64,000 nucleotides of DNA from Bispira polyomma (GCA_965649765.1 OZ287748.1:94240001-94304000); one strand, 5' to 3'. Positions 52,095 through 64,000 are shown, counted from the stretch's first letter. The notes: generated by a model from the sequence alone, not told the origin. Program-made: numbers and translations.

Positions 52095-52240
52095 CTTTCC
52101 TCGTGCACGCTCCCACTTCCTTCCTTACGACTCTGCAATTTCCATGGACTTAATGATTGGACTAATGATTCTGCTGTTGCACTTTAGAAGATGCCTAGCA
52201 TCAATAAAGCGCGTTAAAAATCTATAATCTAATCTAATCT
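50823..52240 (+). mobile_element. 5'-truncated L2 (CR1-group) non-LTR retrotransposon, apparently young
   Basis: Uninterrupted RT frame, about 130-bp 3' UTR with AATAAA, and an (AATCT)n tail at about 52226-52240. No endonuclease domain or ORF1. Confidence 0.92.
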
Positions 52241-53499
52241 ATTATTGAGTGAAAAGATGTGAATCGAGTCATTGAGTACATTTACTCGGAAATTCATGAT
52301 GGTCTCTTTAAATACTCGTAAAGAAGCAATCGTGTCTATTGATAAATTCCCACTAGCTATAAAAGGTCTTAGAGCAAAAGGTACTACGGTTGTAATTTGT
52401 GACCCATATCTTTGAGCTATTTGTAGTTGTTGCTGTTCATGTTGTATAATGTTATTGGGTCTCCACAAAAAGTACCATAATACTTGAAATCTTCATTGGC
52501 CTGAATTTTTGCCACTGTAGTACCGTTTTTATTAGAATATCTTTTCCCTTTTTGTCATTCTGAAATGAAAAAGTTATTTATTATTTTATTTAGGTCATTA
52601 TGGGACTTAATGATCCTAGTCTACCTCAATATTAAACTGTAGTGAAAACATAAAGGACCGTTCCCATACATGCAGTATGTCGTATCCTGCAAATGAACAA
52701 ATCAAAATTGGACCCCCAAGAAATGATGAGAAAGAACTCTTTATCTTTTTTAAGCTCTTAGCAGGGTGAATATTACAAGAAAATACATCTGTGCGACTAC
52801 AAATGTTTCTCCATATAAAACAGAAATTGATATGACAGTTACGGCATGTGGTTATAGGTCTATCATATGTAAACAATCTAAAGATATAAAAGAACGGTTC
52901 TGATCTGTGCAGAACGAACCATAAATTAGGATATTTCTAGGAGCCTTAGAAAATGATGATATTATCATTACATTGCCTGCTGACAAAAAAGTTAATGTAC
53001 TTGTAATATATATGCACTGCACTAAATTTTTGAATGTCTTGTGACACCATCCAAACTGTCTTTTTCTATATGTCATGAGGAAGTAGAACAACACATTAGA
53101 GAAATATCCAAACTTTTTACTGTGTCCCACATTCAATGTGATTTGCATGCTCCTTCTGTGTAAATTTCCCGCGTCATGCCTTTCTGCCCTGACAATAAAT
53201 AAAGCTTTTCATCATTCCCATAGCAATAGAACATGGACAAAGTCCAGCATGAGTAATAACTCACCCTCTTTTCTCTGTACATGGGAAAATACTGCAAACC
53301 CCCCCCCCCCCAAGTGTCCTTCAACAGTTCTGGCCAATAAATTCTGAGCTGGGATCAACACAGTTATTTAATTCGTTATAATTATTTAATTCGTTAGAAT
53401 TTGTTGTACAAAGATTAAGCGCTATAAAAGTACAACTAGATTAGATTAGATTATTAGAACAAATATTGCAGTGAAACTGTTTATAATTGTATTGTATTA

Positions 53500-53800
53500 T
53501 GCATTTTTAACGTGCTTTATTGATACGAGGCATCTTCTAAAGTGCAACAACAGAATCGATGAACTAATCGAGAAGTCTCAAAAAAACATAGCCAAGGTCA
53601 TATATAGAAGGATGTGGGGGGTGTTACAGGGAAAGAACTAAGGGAGGTAAGCGAAAAGAGAGGTTTTACGCCTTTTCCTTAAACCCAGAAAGTGTTTTGA
53701 GAGATCTAAGCTCAACTGGGAGACTATTCCATAACAATGTTACATAAGGGGCAGCAACAGAGGTCTAGAAAGCTCTAGATCCAGCCTTCTTGGTAGGTTT
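53500..53800 (-). mobile_element. L2 3' end remnant, tail-to-tail with a (TTAGA)n L2 tail at 53415-53455
   Basis: TTTTTAACGTGCTTTATTGAT.C.AGGCATCTTCTAAAGTGCAACA.CAGAATC is the reverse complement of 52167-52220. Confidence 0.8.
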
Positions 53801-55926
53801 TACATTATCCATGCTATATACTGGTAAATGATACTGAGAAAATCTGTATATAGTGATTGAAATGTTTTTATTTATTTCACTATGGGCTTATGATTAATAT
53901 GAGCCAATCTGTATTTTGTAGTGAACTTTCTTTACACAAAATTGCATTAAAAATTGCGTCTATTTGATACATTATAATGCTTCATACCAACAAAGAGATT
54001 CCTGTATACTTTTGTAAAGCTTTCAGTGACTATAACATGGTATGTCGTTGTCTATCTTTTATAGTTTTGATATTTAGTTTTTAACAAAAATTTTAGGTAA
54101 AGAAAGTATACAGTTAACTCCTTTAAAAAAAATCCAAGGACCAGGAGAAATATCTGGACGTAAGTTAAGGATGTCCACTTTAGAGGGTATATTTTTATAA
54201 GGAAATGGCTTTCTGCGACAATATATTGTTCTATTCTTAAAAGGGGAACTATATAATGACTTAACACAGTGAATGTCAAAAGTATACAGTTGAGCTCCTT
54301 TAAACCGGGAGAAACGCGCAAGAATTATGACCACTATACAGTGTAGATTTGATAAGGAAATGCTCTTGTGGGACCATAGAGGGGAAATATGACTTAACAC
54401 AGTTCTACTTAATGTGGTTTAAAATAGATTTAAATCTTTCTTCTTGTGTTCAGTAAATTTAATATTGTCAACTAAGAAAAAATAATATAGGTGTTAATCG
54501 GATGTAATTACATCTTAAAATACCTTCCAAATTAACTAAGTACTGCCAAGTGGCATGGAGGTGGGCTTGTCATATTCTAACAAACACAGTCACACAAATG
54601 TACCATAGCAGAGTTTTATGAATGCCATACACCACCCCGTCAAGGACTATAAAACTGGCTATTGCAAGTAGACGGACCTTCAGAACATTATTGTAAGAGA
54701 TGGAATTTATTGTAGTGAATTAATAGCATTGGGAAGTGTGATAAAGGGGGCCATATTTAATAACCAGCAGGGGGGAGGGGGGGAACTCTTTTTATGACAC
54801 TCAGGTAAGCTTACATAAAAATCCATAAGAAGGTTTGCGTAGGTGCAAGCTGTTGTGGCTTATTTGTGAAGATTTAAAACAGAAGTTTTGAAAAATTCTT
54901 TGAAATGTTTGTGTTGAAAAAATATTTCTGCGGATCCATTTTAAAATTAAAATTATTACCATGTATAAAATAAGGTAAAGTATGCATTGCTTAAGCCATG
55001 TTATGCGATACTGTTATATCTGATGCCATGCTTTTTTCTGTGCCATCTGGAATTTTGAATCTAAAGGCTCGGTCTTCTTCAGATGAATGTTTGGCAGTAT
55101 TTGTTGCATCTAGCAAATCCTGGTTTGTGTCGTATTCGAAATAATCTATAATGAAACTGTCATGGACCTGCCGCAAAACACCTACTAATGAGAAACAAAG
55201 AAATAACAAACACTAACAAATACCCACCAATACCTCACTAATGCCCACTATTCATAACGAAAGGTCACTAACTGGTAATAATTAACACCAATGCAATAAT
55301 GCAAAACGAGCCAACACAAATTGCTATGGACGAGAAACATTCAAAACTAATCGTAACACTTATATCCCCCTCTCCCACACACACAAAAAACCACAAAAAC
55401 CCCTGACAAATGAGCTTTCTGCTGTGGTATGTTTTGAAGATTTTAAAACTTTCGTGGCGGCATGACTAATGCTCATAAATATCAACAAAGAGTTCCGAAG
55501 TGCTCCTAATGAAGGCATACCTGAAACAAAGTTGAAACGTATACTGGGGGAACTAACTGATCGATACAAAGACATTCGTTGTCCATTCGGAACGGTCATC
55601 CATATGAATTTTAGGGTTTGCTGCAAATAGATATAACGAGAGGTACTATTATGTAAAGTGATCATCTGAAATTTACCATCACACAAGCATGTTTGAAGTA
55701 TTTCGAATAACAGACTATGATCTAGTCTTTTAAAAACTATATAAGAGGTTAGCCGTATTTTGAGCTTTATGTACAGACTCACTGGGTTGTACACAATACA
55801 CAGGTTTATGAGATTGATTAAAGGTAAATTATCAGTTTCTTGAATTGTTCCCATACATAAGTGATAACCACAGCTCTCAGGTGGTAAACAGACTAATCAA
55901 CGATCATTCTTCTCAATCTCATATTT

Positions 55927-56130
55927 AGTAAGGAATCTAAAATTCACCACTTTATCTGAAATTCGCCACCCCTAAAATTTAAACTAATCAATAAAAACTG
56001 GTGACAACATAACTGAAATTTAGGTAAGTAATGCACAATAGTCACAAAATTCTCAAATTCGGCAAATATTACCCACAATTCCACCCAAAACACAACATTT
56101 TTCTAGATAGCAAATTTTAGATTCGTTACT
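55927..56130. mobile_element. MITE, second copy of 32472-32698
   Basis: Collinear similarity over about 200 bp; right TIR partly deleted. Confidence 0.75.
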
Positions 56131-57409
56131 TACTCTACAAGGTTCAATTCAGCTTATTTCTTTACCATAAGGCTGTTATTCTTAAATTCACAAATCTTCT
56201 CTTTCCATTTAAATTTTGGACCAATCAAAATAGTTCTTGTAACCCCAATATGTCCTAAGTTAACCATGCCATTAAGAAAAACTGTGACACTCACTGTCCT
56301 ATTCCTATCTTGGGTGTTTTTGTGGGTTATTGGTCTACAGCACAGTGAGTGAAGCCATGGGGCCAGGTCTTTGTATATTGAGCTCTAGGTGAATGTCAAG
56401 TAATATTAATGGTTGGCTCTATTTGTGAAGATTAATGTGGGATCCTGCATGGTCACCTTTGCACAAAAATTGCCAAAAAAGTGAAATATAATATGCATGG
56501 CCCTATTCATTGGTGACAGGATTTCAGTAGTTTGCAGAACACAAAGTCCCAGCCATATTGGTGTAACCAGCGATACAAATGGTTTTATTGCCCTCACACA
56601 TTTAAGAGCTAAGATTGGATTAGACCGTGTATTCGAAATTTTTAACGTACTATTTACTTATATGTTACGCTTATGCGTCAAAAATACAATACAATAAATG
56701 CAGTTTTCCCAGTTTGTATGTTTACCACCACACAAATTTTCTAGTTTGACTAACTCATCTTACTTATTAGTACTTAAACCTGCTGCAAATGTACAGTGCA
56801 AGGAAAGTTAAAAACTATGATGTAGAACGTCACCTGCTGGCCAATCTTAGAATAATATATGGTGCCGACTGCTAGTTGACAGACGTCATGGTGAAAAGGG
56901 TTAAATATGTTTGGTTATTGACTGATACCAGTTATCATCTCTGGATGATGCCAGAACTGATGATTTACTTAAATGTTGACTTTTCAGTGTACAAATTAAG
57001 TACTTTTTTCGCAATGTACATGTATATGCTGTGCTGTCTTTGGTTTTGTTGACTCAGCTTTGAGTCATTTTTGCATTTGATCGTAAAGCTTGTGCAGTGA
57101 TGTGTCTGTCACTTTACTGTATAAGCTATGTGACCAGAAAACGGAGCCGAGTTGTGAGGAGAAAATGGCTGTGAGGTCTCTATTGATTGTAGACCCCACA
57201 ACCCCAGCATACAATCAGGAAAATTGAAGTAACCCCAGGGGGAAAGTGATGATTGCTCTCTACACAGCTGCCAGCTTAACACACTCTTCTCGCCTACTTG
57301 CTGACAAGATAATATTTGATATATGAAGATATAGTGTATAAATCTTGACTGTATATGTTTAATTTAACCATTTACAAAAAATAAAAGTCGGTGTCATTTG
57401 TACATTTAA

Positions 57410-57412
57410 ATG
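57410..57412 (+). CDS. Candidate alternative first exon D, contributing only the start Met
   Basis: TAAATG|GTAAGT consensus donor directly after an ATG (phase 0), downstream of non-repetitive sequence at about 57050-57410. Such a short motif can arise by chance. Confidence 0.35.
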
Positions 57413-58550
57413 GTAAGTATGGCGAGTATGTAGTTTTTGGACACCAAAGTCATGTGAAGCTTCTTAGTTCCAGTGATTCGTTTACCTAGATGTACAGAGA
57501 TCTGGTTTGGCAGGAAACAGCTGAAACATGTTAGGCCACATGATTTTATCTTTAACCCCACCTCTCAAACAAGTACAAATTTTCATGTACGATTTGTGAT
57601 TGCAATTTGTTAGATAGTTCATTAAAGACCTTAACTTATAAACATATTTCTTAATTAAAGATATAAAGGTATTAAAAACAGCAGTTTGAGTGTACAATAC
57701 CTGAGCAATGTTGCTCATTCAATGATTCCATTGAAAAAAGTAGTTGATCTTGTAATTGTCACGGTATCCCGAGTGTGAAATAAAGCAAAGTCTTAAAGCA
57801 ACTCCAGTGTAATGGTTTTTATCTGGCAATGAGTATTTTGGCAATCACGGAATTTTATCGAAGAGTATCTCTGTAGTAAAAAAAATGTAGTCAGTTGAAC
57901 TACATGTAATATGTTTATATTGGCCTAAAAATCAAAATCAAATGGCCAACAATTTTGTACATTTAATTCTATGGCTTGTGCATTTGCTCATTTCAGGAAC
58001 TTTGCTTCTAAATGCAATTACTTTAAATGCTGTGTTTGGAATTTATTAATATATAACATCTATTATATGAAACAATATTCCCGTGCTTGGTAATATACAG
58101 AATTGAATATATTGTTTGCCCCTTAAACATCATGGGATAAGTTAAGTCAGTTAGGACTTGATATTTTTGTTGTCGGCTCTTGTCAGCATGCTAATGGATT
58201 GCTTCTCCCCTTATTTGTGTCCTTTATTGAGACCGCATTATGGGTGTGACAATTACTAGGCTACCAAAAAAGACCTAAATAAGAAGTAAAACTACTGTTA
58301 ATATCAAGTTGCAAGTAATTAAAAGTTAAAAATTTTATGGTAAAATTATGTTTTTCTGAATTACGTATACAACATATAGTTAGTTCTTAATATAAATAAA
58401 ATGCAATCATTTTGTAAATATTTCATTGCACGAATTTTTAGATGTACATGTAATTGCAAATTTGTACAATTGTTTCCTTATTGCTAACAAATTTGTTTTA
58501 TCAAATTTATAAATTTTGTTTTGTATACCTAATTATTATTTGAATTATTT

Positions 58551-58806
58551 TTACCTCTGCTGAGAAGGTTATATTTTCACCCAGTTCCACTATGGTTCGC
58601 TTACTTCGAAGGTCTTTTTGTCACCAGCATTACCGAAAAACTACTGACCCTATTTACATCAAATTTGGTTGAGATATAGGTATAACACTGTTGATGTGAT
58701 CTGGGTAGAAAGGCAGATGCAATAAGTAGTCTTTGTATGGTCTTAGTGACAACATAACAACCAACAGAACTGTTCGAAGACATAATCTCCTTGGCGAAGT
58801 TAATAA
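58551..58806. mobile_element. Degraded MITE/HINE-like repeat with imperfect TIRs
   Basis: TTACCTCTGCTGAGAAGGTTAT ... ATAATCTCCTTGGCGAAGTTAA; related end at about 39120-39150. Confidence 0.45.
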
Positions 58807-59353
58807 TAATGTAATGAGTATGGTATGCAATTTTTTTTAGGAACAAAATAAGGTTTGCTTGTTTCAACAATTTTATATTGCAATCTTGATTTACAACAAT
58901 TTCGGGAAAGAGGAAAAAAATTCTGTGAGCAGAAGACTTTAGATAAAAAAAAATATAAGCCCTAAAAAAGAAGTGTTGTATGTTGTTCCCTGACTCATCA
59001 CATACAGCCCCTGCGGTCTCTGGAGAGCTTCATACTCAGAAACAGGGTACCCCCCCCTCCAATTCCTCCTCTTTCCTTATTTTTGTGGCCCTTTCTTCAG
59101 GGCACTATTTTTTCCCATCTCCACCACATTTGTCTGTCATATAGCATTACTTTCATGGCTTCTTGATTGCTGTGTGAGCACCTCTCCCTGTCTCTCTTCA
59201 TCTGTCTCCCCCTCTTCTTTCTGTTACTGCTCAAATTCTGTTCTGGCCAGTTACTGCTTTTAGCAGAGTGTATGGTGTGACACTTTTGTAAAGACAACCT
59301 TTCTGCAGTAAATCACTTTTGAATTAAAATATTTGCCCTAAATGTATGCAAAT

Positions 59354-59545
59354 CAGTAGAACCTCTATTATCCGAGCTTTTATTATCTAAATATTTAATT
59401 TTATTTTAGGAACATATTTCCCTTTCCACCAAATTTATATTTACTATTGTTTAAGTATTAAAATGCTTTTTCTATTTTCAGAACCTTCTATTATCAGAAC
59501 AAAATTGTGCTCTCCCAACATGTTCAGATAATAGAGTTTCTACTG
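59354..59545. mobile_element. Tc1/mariner-pogo-type MITE
   Basis: CAGTAGAACCTCTATTATCCGA ... TTCAGATAATAGAGTTTCTACTG|TA; homologous to 41728-41923. A partial copy starts at about 62457. Confidence 0.85.
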
Positions 59546-60387
59546 TATATTACTTTTATGCTTTGTGAAATCTATTGCATGTAAAGGGCTATTTCCATTT
59601 AAATGTCCACCATATGATAGTTCATGGGAATATTTGTCATATGTTAATTAACTTTTTTTTCCGTAATAATTTTGGATATAGGACACATAAAATAGTTCAC
59701 ATAGGTTCCACTTTTGTAAAGGGCAACCACCTGTTGTACTTCATCAACTTTCTGCAAGTAACAATAATTTGCTTAGTATTGAATTGGAGGCCCTTCCAAG
59801 AACTCGAGGTGACTGCCACCTTCATAATGGTTTCTATAGCAGAAGCGCAACACTAAATGATATACCCTAGAGGATAAATGATGGCAGAGTAGATATCTTC
59901 ACCAATCATCAAATGAAGTTTTATTACACTGGTTTCTTATTTGGAAGTTATTTTATTATGACAATTCCTAACATTACTGTGGCCACAGGTACAATCCAGA
60001 ATTTACTGCTTTGTATAAGTTGTATAGTTAAAACGTCAAGTACTAGAAGTTTTTACAACAATTTTACTACCCTATTACAATTTTTCCGAAAAAATTAAAT
60101 ATGGTGAGGAAGTTCGCTATATATCTGACTTTTCAGGAAGTGTTTTGTTTGAACCCTATCAGGAAACAAGGATAGGCCTTCACCTTGTTTGAAAAAATTT
60201 CTTCCTCTAGGCCTGTATGTTTACCATATTATCATATAAGTCGAACCCAGTTGTTATTATTTTTAAGTAGCATAAGGATGAGGATTAACTTAAACTGATG
60301 ATCTTTTCTTGATATAGTGATAGCAATGTGTCATGTTTTAGAAGAGAATGTTGTGTGTAAAGAGGTTTTAACTTTGTTATTATTATT

Positions 60388-60575
60388 ATGCATTTTTAAC
60401 GTGCTTATTTGATGTTAGGCATCTTCTCAAGCGCAACAGCAGCATCAGTGATCCAATTGTGTAATCCATGGACATAGCAAAGTCGCAAGGAAGGATGTGG
60501 GGTGTACAAAAGGGAAACTATAGTGGGAAGGCCAGGTTAAAAAGATAGGTGTTAAGCTTTTTCCTAAAACCATTA
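60388..60575 (-). mobile_element. L2 3' end remnant with (TAA)n tail
   Basis: Reverse complement resembles about 52040-52220 (GFRKKL..YLFNLA.P*). Confidence 0.8.
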
Positions 60576-61620
60576 ACAGATGAAATGAGTTAAACTTAAT
60601 TCTTTTGGTAAATAGGTTTAATTGGATTGCGAACTGGTTCAAAGTTCTGCCATATATAATATTTCTGTTGTCACTTCACTGAAATTTGCTTTGTTTTTAT
60701 GTTTTGCTTATGGTTTCTTAAACAATGGTGTACAGCTTAACATTTGGGTATATGTTTTACGGCTGAGTATCTATCAATGACTTTACAGTAGTTCATAAAG
60801 CTCTAGAGGCTAAGAAAATACCCTTCAAGCAGTATCTCAAGTTTTGCCTTTGTGTTGTGGTTTATGCCGTTGTTTGAGAAAGGAAGTTTGGTTTCCTCTT
60901 GAATTGTTTTAATCCTTCACCTCTTAACATGTTACGTAAGTAGTTGCCTTTTCTGTTAAAATTGGGCACTTTGAGCAAGTAAATTGTATTGATAGGATAT
61001 TTTGCATGTCATTGATTTTACTCTTGAAAAAAAAAAAAACTTTATACACCCGATTTAACTCTGGTTTACAGTTATATTTTGACTCTTGAAAAGTCATAAA
61101 CTAAATCCGCACAGTTAGATTATGGCTAAGCCAATTTGATGGTTAGCCTGTCGGTTAAATTGTGTTCTTCAACTTTAGACTTTAAGGTCAAATGAAAATC
61201 CCAAGGCAGGGCAAACTTTGGAGCATTTGTTGTATTATTTTCATTTACATAGCATCCAAGAGTTTTCACACCCAAGAGCTATTTTTTCTGCTGTTTCGGT
61301 CCCATCATAGTATTGTTTGTAAAGATTTCGGCTTATATTTACTGTTTAGGTGATGTTGGCACACTATGAACTAAAAGGTTGTACAAATTTTGCTCGTTGT
61401 TTATGTTTTATGTTTAGATAGAAACTCATGGCCTGCACAAAAATTTTGAAGAGGTCATATTTAATGTTTGACCTCTCGTTTAGGGTTCCGAGGTGACCAA
61501 GTTGTCTCTCCATATGAGTGGAATAAGTTTGCCAACTGGAATCAGATCCCAGACAGATATTCATAAATCCAGGGCAAACTCAAGACACATCTTTTCCAAC
61601 TAGCTTCTCTCCAATCTCAG

Positions 61621-61878
61621 GGGGGTCGCGGTGGCCTAGTGGTTAGCAAGCATTGCGCTTTACAATCACTGGTCTCTCACCTCTGGGCGGTGTGAGTTCG
61701 AATCCCATCGATGCTTATGTGGGAAAGGTGGTAGTTCCTTACTGTGGGCCGCTGGTTTCTCTGCAGAACCTTGACCGACTGTATGCAGTGTTTCCTCCAG
61801 CGTTTCCAACTACCCGTCCCAATATAACCTACTAAAAGGTACTAGAGTGGACGTTAAATATCCAAATTCAAATTCAAA
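61621..61878 (+). mobile_element. tRNA-derived SINE, family 1, full length
   Basis: A box TGGCCTAGTGG, B box GTTCGAATCC, (AAATTC)n tail; 14-bp TSD CTCTCCAATC(T/A)CAG at 61607-61620 and 61879-61892. Confidence 0.92.
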
Positions 61879-62088
61879 CTCTCCAATCACAGCTTATCCC
61901 CCCTACAGATGACCTTCTGATCATGACCCATTTCTGTCCTCTGACTAACCATTTGGACAACTATCGCATTAGAGTATACTGCATCAATTTGGTGCTGTAT
62001 AAATTCTTCTTTTATAATAATAATTAAAAAAACTAGCAAGAACGCTGCTGTGGTGAAAGTATCCTACCTTTGTAATAACAATGGGGAA

Positions 62089-62415
62089 GGAGGGGGTGGT
62101 GTGTGGTGCCTTGGTTGAGGTGTTGGGGATGGAGGGGGTGGTGTGTGGTGCCTTGGTTGAGGTGTTGGGGATGGAGGGGGTGGTGTGTGGTGCCTTGGTT
62201 GAGGTGTTGGGGATGAAGGGGGTGGTGTGTGGTGCCTTGGTTGAGGTGTTGGGGATGGAGGGGGTGGTGTGTGGTGCCTTGGTTGAGGTGTTGGGGATGG
62301 AGGGGGTGGTGTGTGGTGCCTTGGTTGAGGTGTTGGGGATGGAGGGGGTAGCGGGTGGTGCCTTGGTTGAGGTGTTGGGGATGGAAGGGGTGGTGTGTGG
62401 TGCCTTGGTTGAGGT
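62089..62415. repeat. G-rich minisatellite, 42-bp unit, about 7.8 copies
   Basis: GGAGGGGGTGGTGTGTGGTGCCTTGGTTGAGGTGTTGGGGAT repeated with period 42. Confidence 0.97.
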
Positions 62416-62990
62416 CTCTGTAAAGTCATACAAGTTATCTAATATCATACATATTACAGTAGAACCTCCATTATCCAAACTTCTGTTGCCCAAATATTCA
62501 ATTCATGGATTATGGATTAAGATAAACACAAATTTTAATTTTCACTGTGGCCAAACTCATTAGCAAAAAGAGCTAAAATAAATTCTTATAATTTGCACTG
62601 AAACATTATTCTATATGTTAATACCATACAATAAACTATAATAAATATACATGTAAACATATTGGTCATACAAAAAACTACCATATCAGACACAACACAT
62701 GAATCAATCATGTTATAATAACAATTAGAGGCAATTATATTGTTTACAGTATATGTAGTATGATCTAAATCAGTTAAAATTTTAACCGATACAGTAAACC
62801 ACTTGTGTAATAAATATTTAACCTTCAACATAAACTTTCAAACAAAACAAAATTCTGAGGCATATACATGTAGTTGCCCTGTAGTTCTGTGGTTTTATGC
62901 TACCATTAATGCTGCAGTTAATCAACAATTGACTTTTGGAACAAGTTATTGAATCCTGACATGTTTTGTTATGTTTACCCTTGTTATCAG

Positions 62991-63034
62991 GTGGCAGAAA
63001 ATGAAAGTGATAAGAGGTTTCAACATTTTACCAG
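62991..63034 (+). CDS. Candidate internal (first shared) 44-nt exon VAENESDKRFQHFT(R/S) with a GC donor
   Basis: CTGAC branch motif at about 62956, pyrimidine-rich tract, TATCAG acceptor, purine-rich open frame in phase 0, donor CAG|GCAAGT. Confidence 0.55.
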
Positions 63035-63297
63035 GCAAGTTGTGTGTAAAAGACCACAAGCTAGTCACCACAAAGTACACATGCACTTTAAGTAATTATT
63101 TTCTTGGGGTGCCAGTACCTTAACTAAAGACTTCAGTACTTGAATTTGTCATCATGGGAACTTACAGCCTGTTCACATATCGGTGGTTTAGTACATGCAT
63201 TTAGTCTTCATACATCCACTTTTAGTAGTTCATTTCTAGCTGTGCCAGTATCTGTACTAAAGACTTCAGTATTTCAAATTGTCATTATCAAAACTTT

Positions 63298-63780
63298 AGG
63301 CCTGTTCACATAGTGGTGATATGGTTGGCGGTACCAGAAGGAACCAGAAGGTAACAGAAGATACTGTAACTTCGGCTATTCCATCTCTGCGAAATATAGC
63401 CCCTGAAATTTGTCCAGATAAAATTTACAGATGGCAACAGACGGAAAAAAAGGGAACAGATGATTACTGATTTGGAAAATAATCCGAAATGGGTGGAAAC
63501 GAGAGGAAGATTGACAGTTGTGAAACAGAAATATATGGAGATAGTCGGAAAAAGGCTGAAACAGCTGATTACTAGAACTGAAGAGTTACTACTTAGTGAT
63601 TCTACAATACTTTGAAATAGTCGGAAATAAGCGGAGGCATTTTTCCGCCCTTTCCACTTTGATGAGGCCGAAGTTTTGACTCCAAACAAAACTCCAACCA
63701 AAGATAGAATTCCCCGTGCTATGAGGCGAACTCAATAATGCCTAAAACCGACTCTGCTTTCCATCATGGTGTGAATACCA
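63298..63780. mobile_element. Interspersed repeat, probable non-autonomous DNA transposon
   Basis: CAGAAGG..CAGAAGG, TTGTCCAGATAAA.TTTACA and GCTGATTACT are shared with the two flanks of HINE B (about 25060-25112 and 28846-29030). Confidence 0.55.
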
Positions 63781-64000
63781 GTTTACTTCCCTTTAAAATA
63801 GTAAAAATAGTGTCCGACTTACTGCAGTGTTGTTATAATGTTGGTTCACCCTTTAACTGGTGTGTCTATAGTGTCCCAGTCAGATTTACTGTTACTCTCA
63901 TTCCCAATTTCAGGCAAATTTTGCTTCTTTTCACCATGTCTGCCCTCACAATGACTAACACATTTATCTATGTAGTTACCAATAAGATGTGGCAGACATA

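Noticed and set aside
53438-53455. (TTAGA)n or (TCTAA)n as telomeric repeats, or as inverted ends bracketing 52226-53455
   Set aside because: The unit is not TTAGG or TTAGGG, and each tract is explained as the tail of a separate LINE 3' end.
54991-55854. Minus-strand ORFs in a CpG-richer stretch as a transposase or recombinase remnant
   Set aside because: No catalytic motif or termini could be recognised. It may be an old TE, and a profile HMM search would be needed.
61621-61710. tRNA gene
   Set aside because: The A and B boxes belong to a SINE head with body, tail and TSD; I could not see a proper cloverleaf.
61984-62563. Mucin-like and other repetitive ORFs on both strands
   Set aside because: A 42-bp unit leaves several frames open automatically. 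The minus-strand ORF starts inside a MITE end and has no supporting gene structure.
63986-64000. ATGTGGCAGAC match to the 43-bp minisatellite unit at the window end
   Set aside because: Only 11 bp, which is compatible with chance.

Overview
This is AT-rich eukaryotic DNA, apparently from an invertebrate; the repeat repertoire suggests a lophotrochozoan such as a mollusc (inference). There are no prokaryotic features and no CRISPR array. The window reads best as the 5' part of one very long plus-strand gene that I cannot name. It has up to four candidate alternative first exons (5490-5594, 15051-15974, 36101-36151 and an ATG-only end at 57410-57412), all ending in phase 0. A candidate 44-nt shared exon with a GC donor lies at 62991-63034, and a candidate recursive splice site lies at 47206/47207. 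The introns are full of repeats: a 5'-truncated L2/CR1-group LINE with an open RT frame (50823-52240), older L2 3' ends, tRNA-derived SINEs, several MITE families, Helentron-associated (HINE/DINE-1-like) elements with 142-147 bp internal arrays, a hAT element, a solo LTR, and 43-bp and 42-bp minisatellites. The most unusual structure seen directly in the sequence is a chain of four locally templated fragments inside a DNA transposon at 7912-8189. Nearly all other ORFs in the track look spurious. All alignments were done by eye, and boundaries of degraded repeats are approximate.
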